The notes: generated by a model not told the origin, from the letters alone. 64,000 nt of DNA from an uncultured bacterium (GCA_963749495.1 CAVVMW010000010.1:32001-96000), one strand, 5' to 3'; numbered from the stretch's first letter, positions 11,185-22,644 are shown. Made by a program: numbers and translations.

Positions 11185-11976
11185 TCATCCAATAGTAACC
11201 GCCGGCGTCCAAACCGGACAGCCAAGAGAAGCCGCCGCACCGGCGATCACAATGGCGCTGAGGATGCCGAGCGTGAATTTGGTCATGGCCATAGGTTTCA
11301 AGAGGGTGAAAGTGGTCCCGGACCCGGCCGCCGCGGCGGTCAAGGCCCCGCTGGAAATCGCAACCGCAAGCCCAACCGGGGCCGCTGAGACGGCCTCGCT
11401 TGCCAGTGCCGTTCCCAGCACTGCCGCCGACAGGCTCACGCCGCGGTGTTCCAGCAGGGAGCGAAGTTCTTCCAGGGCGCGGGCCACTCGTTTCTGCGCT
11501 GCGTTCTCGCTGCTTCCCAGTGCCGCACCCACCGAGCGAAAATCGTGTTGCTCAAAGAACCGGAGCAGGATGGCCGTCCGGTCCTCGGCGCCAAACTCGT
11601 TGATCGCCTCGTCGAGAATGGGCCTCACGTGCGCCAGGTTCTCCGCCGAGTGGTCCTGCAGCGAGTTCATCTCAATGGCTTTCCTTTCACGGGATCGACA
11701 ACGGCGCTCACTCCGCTTCAGGGTGCCGACGACGAAGCAGGTGTGGCGATGCAGCCAGCCCCCGAGCAGGACCTCGCCGGAAAGGGTGGGCGCCTTGCGG
11801 GCCAGATCCGTGAACACCACCGGGGCCACGTCCTGGGCCAAAGGAGCATCACTTTCGAGCAACCGGACTGCTGCCGAATACACCAGGTCAATATGTCGGG
11901 CTACCAATTGTGCAAAGGCCGCTTCCGAACCCGTTTCGGCGTATTCCGTCAGCAATCGTCGGCTCTCATTCATCAC
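11185..11976 (-). pseudogene. ECF sigma-70 factor truncated after the TM helix
   Basis: [20 protein letters not shown] and [24 protein letters not shown]; at about 11233 it runs into the upstream region of the next ECF. Confidence 0.8.
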
Positions 11977-12054
11977 GATTTACCATTAAAGAGCCGCCAA
12001 CAGACAGAAGCCCCCCAAAAAAACGGAGAAGTGTTCGGCCCAAAATCCGCGCCT

Positions 12055-13800
12055 TTAGTGCCCGCCCGCACTACCTCCATTGCCGGCTTTTGCCCAGCCC
12101 GCCCCGAGTTCCCAGGCTCGCAGTGGCCCAAGCTTAAGGGCCGACCAATCGCGGCGCGGCTGGCCCCAATCATGGCCGAGCCACTCGATGATACTCTGCG
12201 CATCCAACCGCTTGATCCCCTCACCCTCCACCAGGCCCTTGCCCGACATGATCCGATAGCGCCGCTCCGCCTCCTGGACGAAATCGTTGCTGTAAAAGCC
12301 GGGGATAAGCGGCGAGAAGACTTCATCCTCGACCGGACCGAGGTAAAGGTAGGCGTGATAGCCCTTGCAGAAGGAGTCGGCGGTCGGCAGGTCGATGGAA
12401 GCATCGAAGACCTGCTCACCAAAGGGGCCGTGGTCGAGCGGGAAGGCCATGGGGCGGTTTGTCAGCGCGGCAAATGCGGTCTCGAAGAGGCCCAGCGCAA
12501 TGCAACCGTTGACCCCGCCCATGTTGGCCATGACCGACGAGTGTGGAAAGATGGCGAAGACATTCGTCTCGCCCAATGTGTCGCGCAAGCGCCAGCCGGC
12601 GGATTTGAAGGGCTCGCCGCCGGCGGTGATATTCACCATCGCGTGCAAGTAACCAACGATAAATAGCGCGTGACGCGGGTCGGTGGAGTGTGTGCGCAGG
12701 TCTCGGGCCACGTTGTCCGCCATGCGCCCGTTGCGCTCATCCTCGTACACGTGCCAGTCGTCCCGCTGGTGGATCTTCTTCCAGGGAAACTCCATATCAG
12801 CCAGCACGACACGGAGACGTTGCTCTCGCGGCAGCTCCTGGTTGGCTTCCCAAACGGCTTTGAAGAAATCGAGCATCGGCTGGTCCGGCCAACCCAAGGC
12901 CCACTCCACGTCCCGCAGCATCTCGATGATCGGCTGCGGGTCATAATTCGGCGCGGCGAGAAACCGATCGACCAGACCCTGGTCGTTGCCGGGCAGCTCC
13001 ATGTAAATGACGCCGGCCCGCTCCGCAAAGGCCCGGGACCGGAGCAATGAACTATAAAAGGCCCAGTAGCGCGGACGGTGGTGGACCTCGCCCAAAATGA
13101 CCAACCGGTGGCCGGCCAGGGCCTTGAGCAGAAAAGCCTGCGGGTCCGCCGCTTCCCGGTGCAAGAACTCGACAAACGGCCGCAGATGCTCCTGGGGATT
13201 GGCAATCGGCGGACGCGAGGCGAGCTTGTCCTGGGCCTCCCTCAAGGCACGAGCGCGGGCGAACACCTGCCGCGCCTCCTCCAGGGTGTCCACCACAGTG
13301 TTTCCGGCGTTGAGCCATCGCCCCTGTTCGGGTCTGAGCCAGCGCAAGTCAATGCGCTCCTTTCCGCCCAGCTTCAGCCGCGCGAAGACCACCCCGTTGG
13401 TCTCGTGAGCAATAACGACCTCCAGCACTTCCGCGTCGAGCCGCGTCGCAGCGTCTTTGGCGGGCATTGGCTTGGTGGGGGCGGAAGACATTCCTTTGGC
13501 CCATTCGGAGATGGTCAGCCGGGCAAAGGCCGCATCGCCTTCCGCAACCCACGCCCGGGTCAGGCTGGCGTAGGCCGCCTCCGGCGTGGACAAGTCCTCG
13601 TTGGTCGGGAAGCCGCTCACCTTCCGGTTCACGCTATAGGCGCGCACGGCTTGATTGCTGGAGTCAGCCGCCGAGGTGCTGGCGGCGAAGCCCAGAAGAA
13701 GGCAGGAAATTAGGAAGTGGAGTCCGACGGGAGCGAGGCTCTGTGAGTTCATTTCTTGTAGTGAGTTGATTTTTTGTAGTGAGTTCATTTCTTGTGTCAT
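12055..13800 (-). CDS. Secreted protein with putative ChaN/EreA/TIKI-superfamily domain
   Basis: Signal-like segment, LVILGEVHH, IYMELP, ALFIVGYLHA; the family assignment is by motif resemblance only. Confidence 0.6.
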   Translation of the reverse strand: MTQEMNSLQKINSLQEMNSQSLAPVGLHFLISCLLLGFAASTSAADSSNQAVRAYSVNRKVSGFPTNEDLSTPEAAYASLTRAWVAEGDAAFARLTISEWAKGMSSAPTKPMPAKDAATRLDAEVLEVVIAHETNGVVFARLKLGGKERIDLRWLRPEQGRWLNAGNTVVDTLEEARQVFARARALREAQDKLASRPPIANPQEHLRPFVEFLHREAADPQAFLLKALAGHRLVILGEVHHRPRYWAFYSSLLRSRAFAERAGVIYMELPGNDQGLVDRFLAAPNYDPQPIIEMLRDVEWALGWPDQPMLDFFKAVWEANQELPREQRLRVVLADMEFPWKKIHQRDDWHVYEDERNGRMADNVARDLRTHSTDPRHALFIVGYLHAMVNITAGGEPFKSAGWRLRDTLGETNVFAIFPHSSVMANMGGVNGCIALGLFETAFAALTNRPMAFPLDHGPFGEQVFDASIDLPTADSFCKGYHAYLYLGPVEDEVFSPLIPGFYSNDFVQEAERRYRIMSGKGLVEGEGIKRLDAQSIIEWLGHDWGQPRRDWSALKLGPLRAWELGAGWAKAGNGGSAGGH

Positions 13801-13801
13801 G

Positions 13802-16439
13802 TCATTCGCACCTCAGTGCTGCCATCGGATCGATTCTCGTCGCCCGGCGGGCCGGCAGCCAGCAGGCCAGCAGAGCCACCGCCACCAGAACCGCTCCCGT
13901 GCCCACAGCCACGGGCCAGGCTTCCGCGATCAGGCCCTTCGGCACGGACCCTTCCTGGAGCGCCCTGATGACGCGCAGCAGCGCATAGCCGCCCGGCAGC
14001 CCCAGGACGGTTCCGAGCAGACTCAGCCGCAGCCCCTGGCGCAACACCAGCCAGAGCACGCTGCCCCGGGACGCCCCCAAGGCCATGCGGATGCCGAATT
14101 CACCAACCCGCCGCGATACGGCATGGGCAGTCACACCGTAAATCCCCACTGCAGCCAGCAACAGCCCAAGCAGTCCGAAGCCCTCCACCATCCAAAGACA
14201 GGCCCGGCTCGCGGCCGACACTTGCTCCAGCAGCCGGCGCGCGGTCCTGATTTGAAGCACAGGCAGGTCCGGGTCCAGCCCGGCCACGGCGTTGCGCAAG
14301 GCCGGCGCCAAGGCCTCGGCAGTGTCCGCCGTGCGGATCAGGACCGTTACATCGCCCAACCCTCCCCGCGGCCGATAGGCCTGGAAGCCTTCATTTCCGG
14401 AAATCGGGTTGATGACGCCAATGACCTCGATCCGGCGTTTTTGAGCGTCACCGTCCCAGGATATTCTCTTACCAACCGGGTTCTCTCCGGGCCACAATTG
14501 CTCCGCCACCGCCGGGCTGATGATGACCACCGGAGCGCCTTTTTCGATTTCCTCCGCCGCGAAATCTCGGCCTTGCCGGAGGACCATCCCCAGCGTCCGG
14601 AAATAGTTCAGATCAACACCATAGACCGCAGTCAGGGAGCGAGGTTCAGTTTCTCCTTCGGCCAGGGGGCGCCAGCCGTAAGCGGGTTCAAAGGGCAGGC
14701 CCGACGAGAGCGATACCCGCTCGACCCCAGGCAAGGCGCCGATACGTTCCTCCAACCGCCGGAGAAAGTCCGCCTGCTTTTGGGCCGAATCGTAAGCCGG
14801 CCCTGTCAGCGTGATCTTCCCCACGGTCAAACCGTCCGGCCGCCAGCCCGGGTCGCGGGCCCACTCCGACCACGCCGGGACCGCCATCTCTCCCACACAG
14901 ACCAGCAGCATGAGCGCCAGGGCCATCTCCGCGACCACCAGAGTATTCTGCATTCGGTGACGCGACAGCCCGGCCGAGAGCGTGCGCCCATCCTCTTTGA
15001 GCACGGAATTCAGGTCCCCCCGGACAATGAGCCAGGCCGGGGCCGTGCCGACAAGAACGCCGCTGGCGAGCGTGATGAGAAAAGCGAAGCCGACGACCGC
15101 CCGGTCCAGCGGAATATCGAGGCCCTGCAGACTATAGGGGTCGAAAACGAATTGGTGTCCCAGCCAGCAGTTGGCGGCCAATGCCAATGGCAGGCCCAAG
15201 GCCCCGCCCAGCAGAGACAGCACCAGCGTTTCGGTCAGCAATTGCCTGGCCAGCCGCAGGCGCCCCGCGCCCACGGCGGCGCGGATGCCCAACTCGCGTG
15301 AGCGCGCGGTCAGGCGCGCCAACTGCAGGTTGGCCAGGTTGACACAGGCGACGAGCAGCACGAACCCGGCAAGCGCGAACAGCAGCCAAAAGCCCCTCCT
15401 GTCTTCGGATCTCACGAGGGACTCTCCAAGGGGACTCACCAAGAGGTTAAAGCGGGCTTGTGGCGGATGGTCCGGGGCTATGCGCCGGGCAATCGCGGAC
15501 ATTTCGGCCTGCGCTTGTTTCGGGCGCACGCGGGGCTTGAGCCGTCCAACGACCGTCAGCCGCTCATGCTCGCGGTCCTGTCGCTGTCCGGGTGAAAAGG
15601 CCAGGGGACGCAGCACGTCCACCCGCCCTTCAAAGAGCAGTATATTATCCTCCATCGGCACCACGCCAACCACCGTGGTCGGCTTGCCGTCCAACCGCAA
15701 AGTCCGTCCGACGATCTGCGGGTCGCGGTTAAAGCGCCGCGCCCAGAAATCCTGACTGAGAATCGCCACGTCGTCGCGTCCCGGTTGCTCCTCTTCGGCG
15801 TTGAAGCTGCGTCCCAGCGTCGGCACCAGGCCCAGGGCGCGAAAGAAGTCCGCCGTGACATATTGAACGCCCAATCCCTCCGCGGGAGACCCGGGACAAG
15901 CGAGATTGACCCTGGACCCGCCGTGGAACGCGCACAGGTGCGTGAAGACAGTGCTCTGCTCGCGTTCATCCAGGAAATCCCCGCAGGCCTGAAGGAAATC
16001 GGGCTCGCCTGCCGGGGTCGCCTGCGAAACGCGCACCAAGCGTTCCGGCTCCGGATAGGGGAGGGAACGGTCACAACAAGCGCTTGAACGTACTGAACAT
16101 CGAGGTGTTGACCCCAACCCCCAAAGCCAAGGTCAGGACCGCCACCGCGGTGTAGCCCGGGTTGGTCCGCAAAGTGCGCAGCCCAAACCGGATGTCCTGC
16201 CAGACGGTCTCGCCGAAACTGGCGCCGCTGGCCCGGCGGCAATCCTCGCGCACGCTCTGCCAATTGCCAAAGCGCCGCCGCGCGTCCCGCGCCGCCTCGT
16301 GCGGCGCCATGCCGTCGCGCAAATTATCCTGTTCGCGCATGGCGAGGTGGAACTGCAGTTCTTCATCGATCTGCTGTTTGACCGTCTTACGCCGGCACAG
16401 TGATCGAAAGTGCTGCCAGACTGTTCGCAAGAGGTTCAT
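13802..16439 (-). pseudogene. ADOP-type ABC permease (MacB/FtsX duplicated), frameshift near 16070
   Basis: DEELQFHL..FG..WQDIRFGLRTLR..PGYT prefix; LPYPEPERLV; RELGIRAAVGAG; PARRATRIDPMAALRCE. Confidence 0.88.
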
Positions 16440-16447
16440 ACGTCTTC

Positions 16448-16786
16448 TTAAACCGGTTGCAGAACCAGCGTGATCGCCCGCGAAACCCGCTGCCACATCG
16501 CGACTTCCTGTTCCAGTTGCTTTCGCCCGGCCCGCGTGAGCGAATAATACTTGGCCCGGCGGTTGTTTTCGGATTTGCCCCATTCGGCCGCAATCCATCC
16601 CTTGGCCTCCATGCGGTAAAGGGCGGGGTAGAGCGAGCCTTCCTCAACCAGCAGCACGTCCTCGGAGCGCTGCTGGATGCGCTGGACGATGGCGTAGCCG
16701 TGGAGCGGTCCGGCGATGAGCGTTTGGAGAATCAGCAGGTCCAGTGTGCCTTGCAGGAGCTCGGTTTTAGTGGCGGCATTCTTCAT
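16448..16786 (-). CDS. PadR family regulator (ADOP-associated type)
   Basis: [38 protein letters not shown]. Confidence 0.93.
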   Translation of the reverse strand: MKNAATKTELLQGTLDLLILQTLIAGPLHGYAIVQRIQQRSEDVLLVEEGSLYPALYRMEAKGWIAAEWGKSENNRRAKYYSLTRAGRKQLEQEVAMWQRVSRAITLVLQPV

Positions 16787-16840
16787 AACCTAGAGTATCT
16801 AGGGGGAGAGTAGCCACTATTCCCTAGAGCGTCAAGGGGA
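16787..16840 (-). promoter_or_regulatory. Sigma70-like promoter with two palindromic PadR operators
   Basis: Minus strand TTGACG-17-TACTCT; palindromes cctagagtatctagg and ccctagagcgtcaaggg. Confidence 0.7.
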
Positions 16841-17012
16841 AAGTGGACGAAAGTGGACGTCCAGAACCTCGCCTAGACCAACGCGCTTTTCAGCCCGCCC
16901 GCGATCACCAAGCCCTTGGAGCAATTTGGGGCTGCCAAGCGATCCGGCCGCAGCCAGGGATGAATCCAGAATTTGTTGGCACTTTTTTGTGCCGGCGGAC
17001 ATCTATTGGTAG

Positions 17013-18440
17013 ATGCAAGAAGCGGCTGACATGGAATTGCTGCGGGAATATGTCCGGCAGAATTCCGACGAGGCGTTTGCGTCGCTGGTGGCCCGGCACG
17101 TGAACATGGTCTATTCCGCCGCGCTGCGGAAAACCGGCAATCCTAATGCCGCCGAGGAAATCACCCAGGTGGTTTTCATTCTCCTGGCCAAGAAGGCAGC
17201 GGGGCTGCAAAAGGGGACGATCCTTTCCGGATGGCTGTATCAGGCCGCTCGGCTGACCTCGGCGAGCTTCCTGCGAACGGAATGCCGCCGAGTCCGCCGC
17301 GAACAGGAGGCCTGCATGGAATCTTTCACCCATGGAACGGAGTCGGAGGTCTGGCCCGACATTGCGCCGATGCTGGAAGACGCCATGGGCAAACTCAACG
17401 AAAAGGAACGTAGCGCCATCGCGCTTCGATTTTTCGAGGGCAGGAGCTTTCACGAAATCGGAACTGGAGTTGGCGCGAGCGAGAACGCCGCCAAGAAACG
17501 CGTCAGCCACGGTTTGGAGAAACTGCGGGCCTATTTTTTCAGGCGCGGCGTGACTTCCACAACGGCCATCATCGCCGGAGCGATTTCCACGCACTCGGTC
17601 CATGCCGCACCTGCGGCGCTGGCAAGCACTGTAACGGCCGTCGCTATTGCGAAAGGGGCAGCGGCCGGAATTTCAACCTTAACCCTGCTCGACGGAGCAT
17701 CGAGGCTTATGGCATGGACAAAGGCGAAAACGGCGATTGCCGCCGGCGCGGCGGTTCTTCTGACCGCCGGCACGACCATCATCGCAACCAAGGCGGTTCA
17801 TGCCGCGCGCGCAGCTCATGACGCTGATGTGCACAGCAGAGTCCAGGTCCTCCAGCAAGAGAAGGCGCTCTTGAGCCAGCAGGTCGGGCGCTTGCAGAGC
17901 CAACGCGATGAGGCGACGAATCGTCTGGCAGTCGCGAACCAGGAAAACTCGCGATTGAAGTCCAGCCCGGCACAAGCCGAGGTTCTCAAGTTGCGGGGCC
18001 AGATTGGAGTGCTCCGGCGGCAGTTGGCCACCAGCGGGGCCAGGACGCGGGATCCGTCCGCCCTCTCAAATGAGTTGCGTGTTGCCAGACAGAAGCTGGG
18101 CCAGTTGCGCGACATCTACGGCGACCAGAATCCCGCGGTGCAGGAGGAGGTTGCAGCCCTCGGCAGCCTGGAGCGCAGCGCGAGCAAGATTGGGGAGACA
18201 TTCGAGTTGGCAAAAGCCAGAGCGGCGCTCGCGCGGCTGCGAGTCAGCCACGGTGACCAGCACCCCGAAGTCCAGGCGCAGCTCCGTGCCGTAGCGAGCT
18301 TGGAACAAAGCGCGGCGGCAGACGAGCCATCCGAGTTGGCGGAGGCGAAGGCGGAGTTGGCGCGGCTGCGTGTCCATTACGGCGATGCTCACCCTGCCAT
18401 ACTGTCGCAGCTCCGCAAGATCGCTGAATTGCAGCGATGA
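17013..18440 (+). CDS. ECF sigma-70 factor with TM and coiled-coil extension (copy 2)
   Basis: Paralog of 6581-8008, same length (475 aa); the sigma domain is nearly identical. Confidence 0.92.
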   Translation: MQEAADMELLREYVRQNSDEAFASLVARHVNMVYSAALRKTGNPNAAEEITQVVFILLAKKAAGLQKGTILSGWLYQAARLTSASFLRTECRRVRREQEACMESFTHGTESEVWPDIAPMLEDAMGKLNEKERSAIALRFFEGRSFHEIGTGVGASENAAKKRVSHGLEKLRAYFFRRGVTSTTAIIAGAISTHSVHAAPAALASTVTAVAIAKGAAAGISTLTLLDGASRLMAWTKAKTAIAAGAAVLLTAGTTIIATKAVHAARAAHDADVHSRVQVLQQEKALLSQQVGRLQSQRDEATNRLAVANQENSRLKSSPAQAEVLKLRGQIGVLRRQLATSGARTRDPSALSNELRVARQKLGQLRDIYGDQNPAVQEEVAALGSLERSASKIGETFELAKARAALARLRVSHGDQHPEVQAQLRAVASLEQSAAADEPSELAEAKAELARLRVHYGDAHPAILSQLRKIAELQR

Positions 18441-18609
18441 AGAACTGAGACTCCGCAGGCGACTCGCACTCCAATCGGGCCTTTTCGATGGGCGCCGCGG
18501 TGCTCGCGCGCCACGACAAGCCTGGCCCACCTCGACCGCGAGTTGGCCCTTCGTGGCCGGCATCTGGGTCGAGGGCTGCGCTCCTCAAGGAGAACAGGCG
18601 TGAGGCGTC

Positions 18610-19705
18610 TCACCTGCCGGGAACGTTGGTCGCCTGGATCTGGAGCAGTCTTGTCAGTGTGGCTCGCTGGGCGGCGTTAGTGGCGTAGGGCTGCAGTTGG
18701 GAAGGATGGGAGGGCTCCTCGCCGCCGTGCTCGGCCGAATACTCCTTCACCATGGGGCCGGCGCTGTCTTTGAGAGTCTGAAGCTCCGCCTCGGCCGCCG
18801 ATGGCTGGTAGTGGTACGGCCCCACGCCACCGCTGCCGGGGCCGTCGATGGTCCAGCGGTGATCGTATTCCTCGTCCACGGGCGCCTTTTCGGTCAGCAC
18901 CCAATCCCCGGCGAACTCCTGGTTGGGGAGGGCGCTCTTCGAAACGATTTGCCACCGTTGCAGGATGGCCTCATCCGCAGGAGGGTCGAAGAAGGGCTTG
19001 AGTTGCGAGAGATCGGGGGGCCATTGTCCAGTGTTGGCCGCCATGTATTTGCCCAGGGCGGACTGGAATTTCTTGGTAAAATAGCCTTCGGCGCGCTTCC
19101 GGACTTCGCCCAGGGCCTTGCGGTAATCGGCGTCGGTGTCGAGTTTGAAATTGTGGGCCAGTTCGACCCAGTCGAACGCGTCAAGGAGCTGGAGTTCCGG
19201 AATCTTCGCCTGGGGCGCTTCTTCCAGTCGTTGTTTGAGTTGGCTTACCCGTTTGAGCCAGGATTGCGCCGCGAGGTCCGTGGGGTCAGTCGAGCCGCCG
19301 GTCTTCAACCGCGCCAGTTCGAGGGAGTCCTGGCGCAACCGCGCTATCTCGCCTCGCAACTTGAGCAACTCGGCGCTGGTGCCATCCGGTCGCCCGCTCG
19401 CATCGCGCAGCGCCGCCAATTGACCGGCCGCTTCGTCGCCCTCGCGGCTCAGTTGCAGGAGCCGCTCGGCGTCCGCGCCCTGCTGTTGCTGTAACCCGCG
19501 GACTCGGCCGCCCAAGCGGAAAGCCTGGCGGGTCTCATAGACTCCAGTCCCGAGCACCGCGACAAAGGCGGCGGTAATGAGGAGCTTGTGCATCGAGGTA
19601 TTAGCGATAGAAATCGACGCACCGGCGCACCAGTTCGGCGAAGGCCGCCTCGGAGCGGCGCTCGGCGTAATCCCGCAACAACTGTTGGTCCGTCAGACGG
19701 TTCAC
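18610..19705 (-). pseudogene. ECF sigma gene with internal sigma-domain deletion (copy 2; extension ORF 18610-19593 open)
   Basis: Near-identical to 10164-11184, has the same deletion junction, lacks the IS. Confidence 0.75.
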
Positions 19706-19755
19706 TCATCCAATAGTAACCGCCGGCGTCCAAACCGGACAGCCAAGAGAAGCCG

Positions 19756-19963
19756 TGGCGCCGGAGGCAACGGTGGGGTCTGTTTGCGTGACCTGTCGGA
19801 CGACAGCGTCCGGACCTTCGTTGCACCCGACAACCGCGGCCAGTATGCCCTGGCCCGATTCTGCGCGGACGGGGTGATTTGCTCGCACAACAGGCAGCTC
19901 TTCTGAGTGGACCTCCAAGGCAGCAATAACGCGCCCCTGTCTCGGTCCAGTGAGAGCCGGTAA
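19756..19963 (+). pseudogene. 3' fragment of the 399-aa secreted protein family (paralog of 29926 and 41169 genes)
   Basis: GGNGGVCLRDLSDDSVRTFVAPDNRGQYALARFCADGVI with an internal stop. Confidence 0.85.
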
Positions 19964-20139
19964 CGCTGCTGGAACGGGCCAAAGCAGATTTCGTCGAGAT
20001 TTTCGGACTTGTCAGACCAAGTCCCCTTGGACCCCAGGTCCGGAGCCGCGGGGAGGTCCTACGGCTGCTGGTTACCCGAGGCGTTTACGGTGTCGAGGTT
20101 CCCGCCCGGGCCGACAACGGCATCATCTTCTCGACCAAG

Positions 20140-21538
20140 GCGCGGCCCTTCTCACCGACCGTTTCGACCACCACTCTTGCGAGCATGAGTATCTGCTGGC
20201 CTTCTCGTGCAAAAGCCGTTGGTTCTGCCCCTCCTGCCACCAGAAAAATGTCCAGACCACCGCCCGCTTTATCATGGACCAGGTGGTGGCCCCGGTACCC
20301 CACCGCCACTATGTCCTGGCCATCCCCAACATGCTGCGGCCCTATTTCCAACGCCACCGGCACCTGCTTAAGCGGCTCTGCACCCTGGCCCACGAGAGCC
20401 TCACCGAATACCTTCGCACGGCCCTGGAGTGCCCCCCAAGGTGTGCCGGCCGTTATTCTGACGCTGCACACCTTCGGCGAATACCTTGATTTCCGCCCCC
20501 ATATCCACGCTCTCGTGGCCGACGGCCTCTTCCTCCGCGACTCGCCGAAGCCCGAACTTGCCCCACCAGCCCCGGCGGACTTAGCAACACTGGCGGCCGC
20601 TTCATTCCACACCCTGCCAGACGCCTCGCTCAAGCCCCTGCAAGAGCTGTTCCGCGCCAAGGTCATCAACCTCCTGGTCGAGGAGAAACTCCTCCCGCCT
20701 GAACGCGTCCAAGTCCTCTACTCGTGGAAACACAGCGGCTTCAACGTCCACGCCGGAGAACGCGTCGCGCCTGAGGCCAAGGCCGACCTGGAGGATCTGG
20801 CCCAATACATCCTGCGCAACCCCTTTTCCGTGGAAAAGATGACCCTGGAATCTCCTACCAACACCGTCATCTGCCGCTCCCGGCTCAATGCCAAGATCAA
20901 CCGCAACTTCGAGGTCTTCACCCCCACCGATTTTCTGGCCGCCATCACCCAGCATATCCCGGACAAAGGCACCCAGCTGGTCCGCTATTATGGCTGGTAC
21001 CGCAACAAAATGCGCGGCGTCTGCCACCGAGGGCTGCCGCCGGAGCTGGTCCCGCATCGTCCGCGCCTTTCACCCCCACCGCCCCTCAAGCTCCCGTCAA
21101 AGAAATGGCGCGACCCGACTTGTCCCGCCCTAGCTCCAGCGAAGGCGGACCTGTCCCGCCGTAGCTTTAGCGAAGGCGGATCCTGTCCCGCCGTAGCTTT
21201 AGCGAAGGCGGACCTGTCCCGCCCTAGCTCCAGCGAAGGCGGACCTGTCCCGCCGTAGCTTTAGCGAAGGCGGACCTGTCCCGCCGTAGCTTTAGCGAAG
21301 GCGGATCCTCCGCGTGTGGCACGTTAACCCGTTGCGCTGCCCCATCTGCCAGAGCCCCATGCGCGTGATCGCGGTGATCGATGACCCGCGCGTGGTGGAG
21401 AAGATCCTGCGGCGCCTCGGCGTCTGGCAGGACCCGCCTGCCGCCTTGTCCCCGCCGGGCGCCGCAGGGCCTTATACCTACGAACCCTGTGACGACGTGG
21501 ACCCCACCCCGGATTACGAGAACGTGCTGACCGATTGA
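20140..21538 (+). pseudogene. IS91-family (HUH/Y2 rolling-circle) transposase, degraded
   Basis: LLAFSCKSRWFCPSC zinc motif, HTFGEYLDFRPHIH HUH motif, LVRYYGWY, C-terminal PLRCPIC..MRVIAVI; frameshift near 20435; repeat insertion at 21119-21305; N-terminus deleted. Confidence 0.9.
21119..21305 (+). repeat. Six tandem 31-bp GTAG-type REP-like hairpin units
   Basis: cctgtcccgccgtagctttagcgaaggcgga x4 plus variant ...ccctagctccagcgaaggcgga x2; no unique spacers. Confidence 0.9.
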
Positions 21539-21773
21539 GCGCCGCTGGCTTAAGGCCCTCGGGACCGAACCACTTTGCCCGGCAACGGCCCCTCGACGCC
21601 CAGGCCGGGGGGTAACCAAGCCCATTTCTGCGCAGGTTCCTGCCCTGGCTGCCGCTTCCGACCCCGCCGCGGCCAAAACCGCCCAGGAACCGGCAGAATG
21701 TGCCGGTTGACGGGCGCGTGCCGCTCCTGCATCATCCCCCCGTGATGAATGCGGCCAGAAACCAATTCTCCCT

Positions 21774-21823
21774 CACCCGCGTAGCGTCAAAACCGCCGGC
21801 GCGGCAAAAAACCAAATTCCTAT
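21774..21823 (+). mobile_element. IS91-like oriIS end, unit 1 (end of the transposase-bearing element)
   Basis: cacccgcgtagcgtcaaaaccgccggcgcggcaaaaaaccaaattcctat followed by cagt; lies 3' of the transposase and resembles the IS91/ISCR oriIS terminal AATTCCTAT. Confidence 0.8.
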
Positions 21824-22101
21824 CAGTAAATCCATCACTGTTCCGCCGACTCATTCTCTGGAGCGGGTTCGCGCAGCTTATGCGCCGGCCGCCGGTGCAA
21901 CTGATCGTCCGTCACAAACTCAATCCGCATGCCCCAGCCCCCATAGGTCGTCAGCATCCGGCCAAACTCCTCCGGGCGTAATTCCTTATCGTCGATCCCC
22001 ACCAGCGCGCCGTTCGGGCAGTGAGGCGATTTCTATGGATCGCGCAGAAGTTTGGACTAAACCTTTTGGGCATGGAACCTCACTAACGTTCAAAGATTGC
22101 A

Positions 22102-22644
22102 GTGCAACCAGACAACAACGGACGCAAAGAGGACTTTGGCTCTGTTGCGGCGCGGGCGTATCCAGCCCTCACAAGGGCCGCCACAGTTCTTTGCTGGTCG
22201 AGATCCGACGTCGATGATGTTGTGCAGGAAGCTATGTTGAGCGCGTTTAAATCCTATGATTCGTTTCGGGGGGATTCGTCATTTCTGACGTGGGCTTATC
22301 GAATCCTGGCGCGGGCTGCCCAGGCGGAAAATCGAAGGCGGGCCAAAGTTCTTCCGGCCGAATATGCCGTCAGCCAGCCGCAGCAGCTTCCGCCCGTGGA
22401 TCGCGCTGTAATGCTGGATGAGGATGCACGCGGAGTAATTGACGCAGTGCGAGCCTTGCCAGAGCGGCAGAGGGAAATGATTACATTGTACCTGTTAAGG
22501 GAGTTTTCTTATGCCGAGATCAGTTCGGCTATGGGAGTTTCGCTCGGCACAGTCAAAGCAACAATCTTCGAAGCAAAAATGTCCCTTCGTACGGCACTAG
22601 CGAAGAAGGGGATTGCCAGAAAGTCGATGCATGAATTGCCCTGA
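22102..22644 (+). CDS. ECF sigma-70 factor (no extension)
   Basis: DDVVQEAMLSA..FRGDSSFLTWAYRI; LPERQRE..SYAEIS..GTVK. Confidence 0.88.
   Translation: MQPDNNGRKEDFGSVAARAYPALTRAATVLCWSRSDVDDVVQEAMLSAFKSYDSFRGDSSFLTWAYRILARAAQAENRRRAKVLPAEYAVSQPQQLPPVDRAVMLDEDARGVIDAVRALPERQREMITLYLLREFSYAEISSAMGVSLGTVKATIFEAKMSLRTALAKKGIARKSMHELP

Noticed and set aside
13655..15301. Long ORFs antisense to real genes (also 11446-12666, 25006-26430, 32193-33926, 35351-36826, 44209-45867, 45441-46973)
   Set aside because: Shadow ORFs typical of high-GC DNA; the opposite strand carries recognisable families
21119..21305. Possible CRISPR array (31-bp repeats)
   Set aside because: Units are directly adjacent with no unique spacers and no cas genes nearby; it is a REP-like tandem
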